A stretch of 64,000 bases of DNA from the human T2T-CHM13v2.0 reference genome, Homo sapiens. The notes under the pieces were generated by a model, which saw only the letters and a program-made list of their open reading frames with translations, was not told the origin of the DNA and ran no database searches. The translations under genes and the position numbers were made by a program. The DNA is taken from assembly GCF_009914755.1 (NCBI RefSeq), contig NC_060941.1. The stretch is one strand, 5' to 3'. Of the stretch, positions 22,361 through 38,108 are shown piece after piece (within the stretch, counting starts at the first letter, position 1; each line of letters starts with the position of its first letter).

Positions 22361-24767
22361 AGGGTCCCATCCTACCTGTGTATCAGCAGAAACTGGCAGC
22401 CATCAGCCATTGCCCAGCAAGAACAGGCAGACCTGGCGTTTCTTAGCCTGACTCCTGCTGGGCACAGCCCACCCTGCTGGGCACAGTGACTGGAGGTTCC
22501 AGGCTGCACAGTCCCTGGCTCCTGACTCCTGCCGGGCGCAGTGACTGGAGGTTTCGGGCTGCATGGTCCCCGGCTCACAGGAGACCCTGCTGGGTGTTTC
22601 CTTGGTGCAGTTTAGTCCAGGTCTGGCACCTGACCCTCCCCACTCTGGGGGTGGGATTTATAAATATGAGCCTTTGCATTTCTCAGCCTTTGCAGCCTTC
22701 CCATAGCCTGTTCTCACGTTGCCTCAGCGAGCTTGGGGCTGTGGGGCTCCCTGAGGCTGAGACGTGAAGGTGCCCAGTCTGGGCCGTGACTCACTCTGCC
22801 CCTTCCTGTCCATCACTTTGGAAGCAAGCAGGAGCCTTCTGTGCCACACACCGACACTCGGATGCCAGGCAGGGACCTTAGGAAGGGCCAGGCACTGCAT
22901 CTTTAGACTCAAGTTCACCGCCTTTCCCAGGGAGCAAGGGCTCCTTGCTAAGCTGCTCACAGGCAGCCGATGGTCAGTACTTCCTTCCTCTTGGGCATGT
23001 CTTTCCTCCGTGCACAGAGTATTTACTGTTCTGCCCAAGGCCACAGGAGTAAACAGGCTCAAAAAGGGCCTCTCACCGCGCACGCGCTGCAGCGTTAGGG
23101 CCGGCAAACCCTTCTTTAAGACTCAGCCCTGAGCACAAGCAATGGGAACTGAGCTCCCCAGCCCTGAGGGCCCGGAAACGACGCTCTGCCACACAGAAGA
23201 GCCGGGGAGCTGTAACTGGCTATAAGTCGAGCCCCTGGAGCTGCATCTGCTCTCCTAGGCTGATGGCCCGAGGCTGGCAGCCGCAGCTCGTGTGGGAAGT
23301 GTACGGTGGGAACACACCTCACTCCTTCCTAGTACCGGGCAATGCGTCTGCAAGTCGGGTCCCTGCTCCCTGGCGGGTGCCTACAGCACCAACAAGGAGG
23401 CCCCAGCAGAACCCAGCCCCTAGAGGCGGCTGTCTGATTCCCCACTCTCCCCACAACTTCTGGAGTTCCCAGTGTTTACCCAAAAGGCTGTATCCAGAAG
23501 CTGGGGCGGCACCACAATGGCTGGCCACCGTGGGCCTGTGCCTTTGCTTCCCAGGTCCTGGAGGACCGTGGCAGTGCTTGGCTGTGGAGTGTGTGTAAAA
23601 TCTAAGGCAAGAGTACCACGAGGTCCTGCGGTGCCAGGGAGCTCCTGGCTGCAGCCTACCTGCCTGGACACCTGCTTCGGCCACATCAGTCACCCTCCAG
23701 GAAGCCTGGCCCCTCTTGAAAAGCCCCCACAACTTGCTCCTAAGAGCTGAGCTGCCTCCCCGCGACCCGGGACACCCAGCGTGGCATGTGCATTCCTCCC
23801 CCGTTCAGCCTGTGGTGTTTCCTCAGCAGCCTGACCGCCTCCTCCCCCATTCTCTCCTGACCCTCTGGCTATCTCGATAGCAGGTCACCTGTGAGTCTTT
23901 ACACTCAAAGGAAATAGAACAGCAGGGAAGGGAACTGAAAAGCAGTAGAAGAAACAGTCAGAGATGCCTCACTGATAGGCAGGAGGCCGAACAGGTAAAC
24001 CCCAGAAGTGGAGATTCCCAAACGGAAAATTCCAGAAATGGGCGCTCCAGCTCTGTGCTAAGCTGGGGACGAGTGTGAGTGTGTCTGCTTGTCCAACATT
24101 TGCACAGGCAGCAAGGCAAAGCAGGTGTGCTCCCAAAGGCGGAGTCTGAGGAGGGGCCGGCAGCGGCAAACGGCAGCATCAAACAGACCACTGCTGCCGC
24201 GGCAACCCAGGGCCTCTTCAGAGCTTTCAAGGCGATGGAGCGAAGACCAAGGGTGCACATGCATGCAGGCAGGCTGGGAAGGAAGAGCGGGTGGAGGAAG
24301 ACTGAGGGGAGGCTGCCAGGAGACCGCCATCTGGGAGCAGGGCCAAGAGAAGCTGGCAGCAGTTACACAGCGCAAAATAAAAGGCCTTGGGCTGGACTCA
24401 GGCGGAAAGAAAGTGCTGGAGGAAATGAAAGAACAAAGCGGGCTGTCTGTGTGCCCACGCCGGGCCGGTCACTACCTTTTCTGCCTGACAAGTGTACATA
24501 AAACAATTCCCGAACAGCACGGAGCATCAGACACAACTAGAGGTATGGAGGGCAGGAGGTGGGATGCGGTGGTGAGGCTGGGGCTGGGCAGCCGGCTTTG
24601 TACAAGGTGGCACAAAAGACGTACGCATTCCAGTTCTTGGAAGCTGGCTTCCCTCGAGTCTGGAGTGCTGGGTTTGGGAGTTTTCTATTGCAGTCTTTCA
24701 AGTCTGAGTTGGACCCCAGGCTGGAGGGGCTGGTTCCACCACCCGCCCGCAGCCACCCTGCCTCGGG
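22220..24767 (-). other. ABR: ABR 3' UTR (~2.5 kb)
   Basis: Lies between the stop codon at 24768-24770 and the poly(A) signal. Confidence 0.75.
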
Positions 24768-24857
24768 CTACACGTCGGTGGAGAAGTACAGTGTGTTCCG
24801 CTTGAGTTCTGCGAAGGAAATGGGGGGGTGCTGCAGGTAGTAGAGGAGGACCTGGAC
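24768..24857 (-). CDS. ABR: ABR last coding exon
   Basis: Acceptor CCCCACAG|GTC; [29 protein letters not shown]; class I PDZ-binding end STDV; 90 nt. Confidence 0.96.
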   Translation of the reverse strand, partial: VQVLLYYLQHPPISFAELKRNTLYFSTDV

Positions 24858-25420
24858 CTGTGGGGAGACAGGAAGGCGGAGGCTGGGCTCCCTGTCCTTG
24901 GCCTCGTCCTTGCTGACTCCAGCCTGTGTTGCCCCTCCCACTCCCTAGACTGGCTCCGGCCACCGCCCCTTCCTGGGGAGCCCAGGTGTGTTTGCCTTTC
25001 TGCAGCCGTGGAAGGTGCTACGGGGCAGAGGGTCGGGGGCCTAGGGCCACTTCCCCAACCTGGCCATAAGCTTCTGCTCTGTCCTGAGGCGGCCACAGTC
25101 CGGCCCCTGCTCTGGGTCTTGCAGGAATCCCAGGGAAGCCTCCCGCCCTTGGAAGCAACCTCAGAGCTTCCACCCATGAGGACAAGGGCCCAGCATCTCC
25201 CCACCCCTGGGCTTGCTTTCTGAGACTGAGGCCCTCCTGAGAATGCAGCCAGCATCTCTGGGCCCTGGTCTAGGCTCACATGTTTGTTTTGGCCTGGGAG
25301 GGGCAGAAGTGTCTGCAGTCCTGCCTCCCTGGTGACACCCCATAGCCCATCAACCCAGCTTCCCACGAGGGAAGAGGTGTGGGGACTCTGAGCTGTTCTC
25401 TCTCCTCCTAAGGGGCTGGT

Positions 25421-25810
25421 CTCACCCTCCGCCAGCCACGGGCCCAGGCGGTGCCAGGGTACCTGTGCCATGATGTCATGGGACCGTCACCCTCCGCCAG
25501 CCACGGGCCCGGGCGGTGCCAGGGTACCTGCGCCATGACGTCATGGGACCGTCACCCTCCGCCAGCCACGGGCCCGGGCGGTGCCAGGGTACCTGCGCCA
25601 TGACGTCATGGGACCGTCACCCTCCGCCAGCCACGGGCCCGGGCGGTGCCAGGGTACCTGCGCCATGACGTCATGGGACCATCACCCTCCGCCAGCCACG
25701 GGCCCGGGCGGTGCCAGGGTACCTGCGCCATGACGTCATGGGACCGTCACCCTCCGCCAGCCACGGGCCCGGGCGGTGCCAGGATACCTGCGCCATGACG
25801 TCATGGGACC
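25421..25810. repeat. 65-bp minisatellite x6 spanning the ABR penultimate exon/intron junction
   Basis: ACCTG at 25461, 25526, 25591, 25656, 25721 and 25786 (period 65). Confidence 0.97.
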
Positions 25811-25935
25811 AGATGTCCGCAGCCGAGGTGAGGTGTGCTTTGCTCTCCACTTCTGAGGGTCTCAGTAACGTGGGTCCAAACACGGTAGCCAGGTTGTGAA
25901 GTGACATTTTGTTGATGGGCTCCTTCTCGGCAACC
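25788..25935 (-). CDS. ABR: ABR penultimate exon (RhoGAP C-terminal part)
   Basis: Acceptor CTTAG|G; [27 protein letters not shown]...WSHDVMAQ; donor CAG|GTATCC; 148 nt. Confidence 0.96.
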
Positions 25936-27778
25936 CTAAGAAGGAGAAGATGGGGAGGAAAGAAGCCCTTCCTCAGCAGCCACTCGGAGCTCCAGGACCC
26001 TTGGCCTTCGCTGTGGGAGCTCCTGAAGGACTCCTGGAAGGGGTCACCTCGTCTCTGTCTCCTAGGAGTGGGGACCTCCCCCGGGGGAAGGGGACTCATC
26101 CAGGAGAGCAGGGCCCCAGCCATGTGCCAGTGTTCTGTGCTAACATCTCCAGCTGCTGGGTCCCCCTGAACTGATGGTGAACTGCCAGAGCCAGGGAGCC
26201 CACAGATGCCAACTCCAGCTCCCTTGCCTGAGAGCAGATGCTGTTCTGAAAACTCCCTGGAACAACTCACACTCGCCGCAGTCCTTTGAGGTAAATATGA
26301 TTATCGTCACCCCCATCGTGTAGATGAAGAAACCGAAGTACAGAGGGGTTAAGTGACTTGCCCAAGGTCACACAGCCAGCAACTGGTAGAGCTGGGATTT
26401 GAACCCCGGTAGCTGCCTCCAGGACCTACCGCTCTGTTGCTTTCTCATGTGCTAAGTGGCCCAAAAGAAGAGTTAAGGTGGGTGGGGCAGGGGAGAAAGG
26501 CAGGCAGGGCCTGGAGCCCAGCAGGAGTCACTAGCTAGACCCGGGGCTCTGCCAGCTGTGCTGGGGCAGGAGCAGCCCTACTTCCAGATGAGCCCGGGGA
26601 CTGTCCCCCCGTGCCTGTCCGGAAAGGTCGGCCTCGTGGGACCCAGGGCTTCCTCTTGTGCCTCTCCGGAAGGGTCCGCCTCATGGGACCCAGGGCTGCC
26701 TCCTATGCCTCTCCGTCTGCCTCGTGGGACCCAGGATTGTCCTCCCTCTGGATCCTCTCCTGCTTCTCTTACTCAACAGGCCAGATGCTCTGCGATGCTT
26801 CCCTGGGGTAACAGCAGGAGCTGCCATCAGGGCTGGTGTCCAGGCAGGCCCAGGGTCAGCAAACATATCAGAGGGCCTCTGGTTCTCCTTCAGTCTCAAA
26901 AAATGTTTCTGGGCTGAGACCCACCCACCCTAAGCAGCGCCTCTCACCCTCAATACCATCATTCCCACCCTCCAGGCAGGAGCTGTGGCTGCGCCTGCTT
27001 TGGAAACAGGCAAACAAACACTGTGATGCCAACAGGCAGCTGTGCAGCGGGGCCAGCCCCTCACCACACGCGCGCACACGGTCCAGCCAGGGGCCCAGAT
27101 GTGGGAACAGACTGTGCCCAGTTCCCAGGGTGGAAGCCGAATGAATTTTCCCTTCCCACTCCTCCCCACAAGGCTTGCCAAATGCTTTCGGAATTGGTTG
27201 GGGCTCTAGTCCTGGCCAAACCAGAGGAAAAATGTTTCATGATGGGAAAAACAAGACACCAGCCCCGGGCGCGTCCAGGTCTCCACTGGCTCTCCCGAGC
27301 CTGGCGTGGCTGAGCTGCAGCGGGGGGCCTGGCCCTGAGCTGGGGCTGAGCTCAGGGAAGAATTGTTCCGCAGAGCAGTCTGAGGGGGCTCCCCGGTCCT
27401 GGCGTGCAGGTGGGTTTAAGGGACGCCCAGGGACCACCTCCCCACGCAAGCCTGAGGACCTCTGAACTTTGCTACAAGTACAACCAACTTTAGCCACTCT
27501 TGGTTGGACCTGACTAGAAAGGGTGGTGGGAAGGCAAGAAGGGTCTGAATTTAGGATCTGGAAGTTGAGGGCTCTAAGGACAGGTCTGCTACTAACCCAA
27601 GCAAGTCTCCGCCTGGTGTGGGGACTCAGTTTCCCTATGTCTAGTGAGGTGTGGGCCAAGACCAGTGGGTTTCACCTTTTTTGACTGTGGCCCACAATAC
27701 AACCCATGCTGTAACACAGTCCACACGTCTCTATGTAACTGAAAAGCAGCACCTGCATCAAGGCTTACAATGTATCCT

Positions 27779-27885
27779 CCTGCTGTCTGTCCCCCACTGC
27801 TGTCCATCCCCACTACTGTCCATTCCCCACTGCTGTCCACCCCCCACTGCTGTCCACCCCCCACTGCTGTCCACCCCCCACTGCA
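27779..27885. repeat. ~18-bp tandem repeat CCCCACTGCTGTCCACCC, ~6 copies
   Basis: Directly visible. Confidence 0.8.
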
Positions 27886-28119
27886 TCTAGAAATGGCTAC
27901 ATTCGTTGAATGAACCACCAGTAGGTTGGGACCCACTGATTATAAAACCTGCCTGTAGTCCTGGGCTCTCACCCTGCCATTCTGAGCATTCTATGGTCAA
28001 TATTTGAGGTTACTACTGGTTACGGGACCCAAATATTTCTCAAAACAGAAAAACATGAGTGCAAGAACTTGGAAAGCAAACTCTCACTCCCCACAGACAG
28101 CCCGATGGAGGCCAGCACC

Positions 28120-28274
28120 CACGAGGAGGGACTGAGGAGGTGGGGTTGGGGCCACTCCCCGTTACCTTTTCACGAGGAGGGACTGAGGAGGTGGGGTTGG
28201 GGCCCCTCCCCGTTACCTTTTCATGAGGAGGGACTGAGGAGGTGGGGTTGGGGCCGCTCCCCGTTACCTTTTCA
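28120..28274. repeat. 51-bp minisatellite x3 spanning an ABR exon/intron junction
   Basis: GTTACCTTTTCA at 28161, 28212 and 28263. Confidence 0.95.
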
Positions 28275-28373
28275 AGTGTTCCAGCAGGAAGAGGAAGGTG
28301 ATGAGGTTGGGGTCGGGCAGGGAGCGGAGCAGGTGCATCATGCAGTTTTCCTTGGCAGCAGGGTCTGACAGGG
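28268..28373 (-). CDS. ABR: ABR RhoGAP exon
   Basis: Acceptor CCACAG|CC; [36 protein letters not shown]; donor AAG|GTAACG; 106 nt. Confidence 0.96.
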
Positions 28374-29317
28374 CTGTGGGAGAGAAGGGCCAGTGTGGCG
28401 TTTGGCTCCTGGGGCTCCCCGCCAGGGCCCCTGTGGTCGTGAGGCTGTGGGCCCCTGCGGGAGAGAGCCCAGGCTTCCAGGCCTTTGGGGAGCAGACCCC
28501 ACAGGGGAGGGCCTGGTGTCTGGGTGGGCTGTCAGCAGCTGCTTCCTCCAGGAGGCCCCACCACGACTGGTAACTCAGCCAGGAGGCCGGCTGGTGGGAG
28601 CAGACCCCCTTCCTGCAGCTGACTGCATAGGCCTTGGGTGCTGGGGCATCCCCTGTCTCGTAACAGGACACCCCCTGGTCTGTGTGGCTAAGGTTAAGCC
28701 AGTAGGGACATATCCTGCCAGCGGTGGATTCTCTTTCTCCACCCCTTCTGCTGCTGGAGCGTGGGTGCAAGCAGCCTTCCGTGGGGGCTGAAGCTCCAGT
28801 CTGCCCCAGGAGCAGAGAAGGCTGAAGGGATTCCTTGGGGCTGGGTTTGGCCCAGGTGGGTGGAGGCGGAAGGCCTGCTGGCCGGGGCCCTCCGCAGAGG
28901 TGACGGGACGGTGTGTGGTCCCGCTGGAAGGCTCAGCACAACCCATCTCGAGTGCCCTATGGCTTAAGCCAGCCTCCTCCTTGGTTCTGGGATGCTGGCT
29001 TCTGGCCACTCACCTCAGGGCAGTCTTCCCTGGATGCTCGAGCTTCCAAGCAAGAGGCCAACGTCCAAATAGGAAGCAGAAGGGGCTGCCCATGGGGACA
29101 TCAGGGGCAAGAGGCAGGCGAGAAAGGGCCCAGTGTCTGCACCAGGTCCCAGCAGGCCACACCTCACCCTCGGACCCCTCAGCCACAGGCCCCAGTGCAC
29201 TGGGAAGGTCAGCCAGCAAAGGAAGCCACAGATATTTCTCCTGCTGGTTACTTCTCCGGGCAGGGAGTCCTGGCTCAGTCTGGCCCAGCCCAGTCCTAGG
29301 AGCCCTCAGGGCCTCAC

Positions 29318-29452
29318 CGATGCCCTCCATGAAGGCTGGGTAGAGTCGGTCCGTGAGGAGCGGCTCGGGCAGTTCCCGGAAGTACAGCTTGAGCGTCCCG
29401 GCGATGGCGTTGATGTCCATGTCACTCAGCATCAGCAGGATGTCCTTGTTAT
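29318..29452 (-). CDS. ABR: ABR RhoGAP exon
   Basis: Acceptor CTGCAG|AT; [45 protein letters not shown]; donor TCG|GTGAGG; 135 nt. Confidence 0.97.
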
Positions 29453-30434
29453 CTGCAGGGGTGGGGCCGAGGTCAGGCAGCCTTAGCTGGGCCAGCAGCC
29501 CCGTTCCACCCCCGACCCATCCTGACACAGCCCCCACCCACTCCAGCTCTGGTTCTGGTCTCCCCTGGAAGAGCAGGATGTAGAGAGGGCCCACAGGTGT
29601 CTGTGACTCGGCTCTGTGGGTCGGGGTTGGGGGAACAGGGAGAGATAGCCTGGGGGCCATCTGCTGTGGCTGCTTGGGAAAGGGTGTTTGGGGAGTGAAA
29701 TCCATCACCCAGAGTTCAGAGCCACATTCATACCATGTGGCCTGCAGCTTCCTTCCGACTGGAACCTCTCCATCGCTAAGCCCCTCTCTGGAAGGCATTG
29801 CACACTTTTCACACGTAAAAGCATGTTCCGACAAAGCCTCAGCTTCTAGGCTGCACAGAGGCACCAACGCCGGCCAGTTCCCAGGCCCCACCCCGTCCTC
29901 CACTCCAGGCTCCCCACGGATTCATCCCTGCCTGGCCAGTGCAGGTTTCTTGACAGTGGGGTATGTGGCTGCTGCACCTGAACCAGCAGGAGCAGGGAGG
30001 AGAAACCAGAAAGGTCAGGCCTCACCATGGTGGGCTTCACGCAGAGGCAGCACTGCCCCAGAGGGGACCTGGGGCCCTGGAGACAGCAGGTGCAGGCTCA
30101 AAGCTCTTTCCCTGCGGCTCACCAGGCACCCAGGAACTAGCAAGAAAGACACTGGAGTCAGATCTGAGTTTTAAGTCCAGAACCAAAACCTACAAGTTGG
30201 GTCATCCTGGGCAAGTGAGTCGGCCCTTGTGAGTTTCTGCAGTTGCTTACCTGCAGCAAGGGACAAGAGATTGGAGGGGAGGGGATTACAAGAGAAAGCA
30301 CTTGCCACGGGGACTCTGAAGCAGAGCAAGCCTCCTCTCCAGGGAGGCTCCTGGTTCCCCCGAGCTCTCCTGTCCATCCCACCAGCCTGCTCAGACACAG
30401 CCACACCTGCCCCGGCTGGGCCTCCCAGACTCAC

Positions 30435-30574
30435 TGGCATCGAAGACGGCCTTGAGCGCCTGGATGTCCGTGGCCACGCCCGATATCCTGTAGATGCCAA
30501 CCTCCTCGATACCCCTCTTCTCCACCTCCTCCACACACTGCCGGACGATGTAGGGCACCTTGGAGCGCTCCCGC
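30435..30574 (-). CDS. ABR: ABR RhoGAP exon with arginine finger
   Basis: Acceptor CCCCAG|G; [46 protein letters not shown]; donor CCA|GTGAGT; 140 nt. Confidence 0.97.
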
Positions 30575-31276
30575 CTGGGGTGGAGCGTGAGGATGGGTGG
30601 AGGGCAGCCCCCACGACAGCTCTCCCGTAGCAACCCCCACCCAGCACACACACACCCTGGAGAGCTTCTAGCATTTGGGATGGAGAGCTGGGGCGGGGGC
30701 AGGGGCAGGGCAGAGAGAGAGGCCACCGCACCCCACCCCAGCCAGCCCACCCGAGGCCTGCCGAAGGGGCATCGACGGACGTGGGCAGGAGAAGCCTTGG
30801 GAACTTGGGAAGGTAAGGCCGAGACTCTAGGGAAAGAACGTCCCCCAGATTCAGATGCTTGTAGGAGGCCCAGCAGGCAGCCCACATGAGGAGGTGGGTC
30901 AGGCCTGAGACAAGGGGCCAGGGTGGTGGTGAACCGGGGGACACGTGCCCTTTCCCGAGGGGCCGCCAGTCCCCGTTGGTGCCGAGCCCAAACGTAGGCC
31001 CCCGGCTGACAGAGCTTCCCGCTTGTTACGAGGAGCAGACGATCTGGGATCTCACAAGAGACCTTCCAGCGTTTAGGTGCTGGCTCGCGTGCTTCTGAAG
31101 TGTCCTGTGAGCGCCTCTGCGGCCACTCTAGATCCACACCGGCCATCTGCCACCGCCGAGCGGGGGGTAACTGATTAGGTGCCAGGATGGGCACCGGCGG
31201 GGAGGGCTGGGGGGCCCGGGCTGGGGGGGACCCGGGGCACCGACGCCAGGACTGGGAGACCCGAGGCAGCACCTAC

Positions 31277-31386
31277 TTCGTCACCACGCTGATCTTCACA
31301 CCGAAGACGCCGGTCTGCTTTTTGGACGGGGTCCTCTTCAGGCTCATATCTCGGCTGGTGAATTTCATGGAAAATTCCACTTTGAT
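31277..31386 (-). CDS. ABR: ABR exon (C2 end/linker into RhoGAP)
   Basis: Acceptor ACCAG|ATC; [37 protein letters not shown]; donor GAA|GTAGGT; 110 nt. Confidence 0.96.
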
Positions 31387-31693
31387 CTGGTTGGGGGGTG
31401 AGGCAGGTAAAGATTCCCCAGGGTGTGAGTGCCCGAGGAATGCCCCCAAAACACAGGGGTCCCCTCCCCAAGACTGCAAATGAGGGCTAGCTCACACCCA
31501 GGTCTCCCTCAACACAACACCTGCAGGACAGCAGCGGGCAGGGTGTGGGCAGGAGGGGAGAGGGGGCTGGGCTGCGGGGAGGTCGAGGCGGCACAGCGGC
31601 CCCAGGAGCAGCCACAGGGCCGGGCTGCCCACCTGCTGCACAGACGTTCCACCTCCCGGCTCACGCCACTGATCATTCCCATCCCCGGCTCAC

Positions 31694-31753
31694 CCCGTTC
31701 ATCTCAATCACGTCCGTGTGCCAGTTCTTGGTCTCCACGGTTTGTGGGTCCAG
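31694..31753 (-). CDS. ABR: ABR exon (C2 region), first exon after the long intron
   Basis: Acceptor TCTCTCTCTGCAG|CTG; [20 protein letters not shown]; donor GGG|GTGAGC; 60 nt, phase 0. Confidence 0.94.
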
Positions 31754-31938
31754 CTGCAGAGAGAGAATGTGGGTGAGAGAGGTGCCAGCTCGGAGGCCAA
31801 GCCAGAGATCTCCCCGTGGGTCAGCACTGCTCAGAGCCAGCTACACAGTCAGGAAGGCGGAAGTGAGCAGCTGGGATAAGCTGATGTTTACCTGGAAATC
31901 AACCCTTTGGGGGGACCCTAGCCCCCAGGCCCCTGTGG

Positions 31939-32069
31939 CCGCCGTGGGGGAGGCAGGGCACACCCTGTTACCCGCCGTGGGGGAGGCAGGGCACACCCTG
32001 TTACCCGCCGTGGGGGAGGCAGGGCACACTCTGTTACCCACCGTGGGGGAGGCAGGGCACACCCTGTTA
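31939..32069. repeat. 33-bp minisatellite x4
   Basis: CCGCCGTGGGGGAGGCAGGGCACACCCTGTTAC repeated. Confidence 0.93.
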
Positions 32070-32748
32070 GGCACTCCTGGCTGCCAGCCCGGGACATGGG
32101 TATTATTACCCCATTTCACAGATGCAGAAACTGAGGCTCACAAAAGGTAAGCACCTGATTAGGAGGCGCTCAAGTCCATCAGGAGGGAACCAGCCCATCC
32201 ACGTGGAGGTGTTGAAGAGTCAGGAGCCCGCGCACAGGAGGCTGCCTGGGTTTGAATCCTGGCAAGTTTTAAACTCACTAAGCCTCAGTTATTCCATCTG
32301 CAACAGAACCTGCCTCCCTGGGATTGCTGGGAAGATTCAGGGAGAAAACTTGGGTCAAGCCATTGGCTCCCAAATAAGCAAATCCTCCACAGGGGAAGTC
32401 CCCAGGCTCGGGCTGGAGCCCAGGGAGGTGCGGACCCCAGGGGAGGTCAGAGGCAACCCTCACACAGGACTGTTCCACGTTCTGTTTCTGTAACTCGGGG
32501 GCCTTCGCGCCCGTCTGCCTGTGCACCTGCGAACTAATTCTGAGCAACTGTGCGCTCCCTGGCACTTTCTGAAGTCAAAATCTGAACATTTCCAAGTTTA
32601 AATAGTTGCAAAGAGTATGATTTCCAAAATCATGTCAATATTGCCATCCTAAAATAAAAGTGTGACATCATTCCTTCTCATGGATTCAGTGGGATCTAAA
32701 TACCCCAGCGACGTGATACCCACACTCATCCATTTAAAAACTACACGA

Positions 32749-36930
<4,182 letters not shown>

Positions 36931-38028
36931 CGGGCCCTTATTTTTTAATTGACACATTGCAGTTGTATGTATTTATGGGGCGCAGTTCGATGTTTTGAGA
37001 CCACCCCTTCTTGAGGCAGGTCTCTCCACACATCAGCATAAGCCTCAGGCCAATTCCATGGCCCCTGGTCCGATTCACCCACAGCCCCTCCTCCGCCCCA
37101 GCTTCCCACGACTGGGTGCCTCCTGGCAGCTTCTGCAGGAAGCTGAGCCAATGGTCCCTTCCCAAGTCTCAGGGGGACCTGGACACAACCTGGTCGGGGG
37201 GAGTGTGCAGGATTTGGAGGCAGGCTGATCTGAGTCTCCCATTCAACCGTGCGCACTCGGGCAAGGCCTTTCACCTCCGTGAACTTCAATTTCCTCATGG
37301 AGGCATCCACACCTGACTCACAGGGCTGTTATGGAAGAGTGAGAGCAACGGACTTATCTCGAGCTCTTCCTGCAAGTCTGACACTGATGAATCCTCTACA
37401 CACAGCATCTGCGTTCATGATCATGATAGCAGACATATGCGGTTTAAGCTCTCATAGCCGCTCCCATCTCACAGATGAGGATGCTGCAGCTTAACGAGAG
37501 TGAGGAATTTACCCAGTGCACACCTAGGAAGTCAGAGCTGGGGTTCAAAATCAAGGCCCCCAGCACCCTCTCTGCTGAAACTGCAGAATGTGTGAAGTCC
37601 ATGACCCGCAGCTGCTGTAACTGCTGCTTCCTCAGAAAGGCAACATCGGGCCTCCTGGTGTGTGTCCCGACCCGGTGGGCAGACCTGGTGCTGGGAGGCC
37701 ACCCCCAGTACAGCCCTCCCGCTGCCTCGTGCCCATCACTTCCGCTCCAGCTGCCAGGTTCAACCTGGGCACATCTGACCCAGGACTGCACCTCCTGATG
37801 CTAAGGCCCAGTTCTCGCCCCGCCTCCTCCAGAGAGCCTTCTCGGAGAGCCCCAGGTCACAGTGGGAAACTTTGGGTCCTCTCTGCCTTCCTGCTCCACT
37901 AAGATCTACCCTCTGCAGCCTCCCAGGCGACACTTGCTGCTGTCTCACACACTCCAGCCCCTTCTGAGGCCAGGCCTGGGCCAGGGGCACTTTCCTAAGC
38001 TGTAAGCCCCTCAAGCCCTGACATCTTC

Positions 38029-38108
38029 CTGGTGCCTGCTGCAGGTGTGGCCCTGGTATCTGCTGCAGGTGTGGCCCTGGTGCCTGCTGCAGGTGTGGCC
38101 CTGGTATC
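38029..38108. repeat. 24-bp tandem repeat x3
   Basis: CCTGGTRYCTGCTGCAGGTGTGGC repeated. Confidence 0.85.

Noticed and set aside
24089-25471. 238-aa (+) and 257-aa (-) ORFs around the ABR last exon
   Set aside because: Antisense-UTR and intron/VNTR-initiated frames; only the frameshifted tail is relevant, and that is covered in findings
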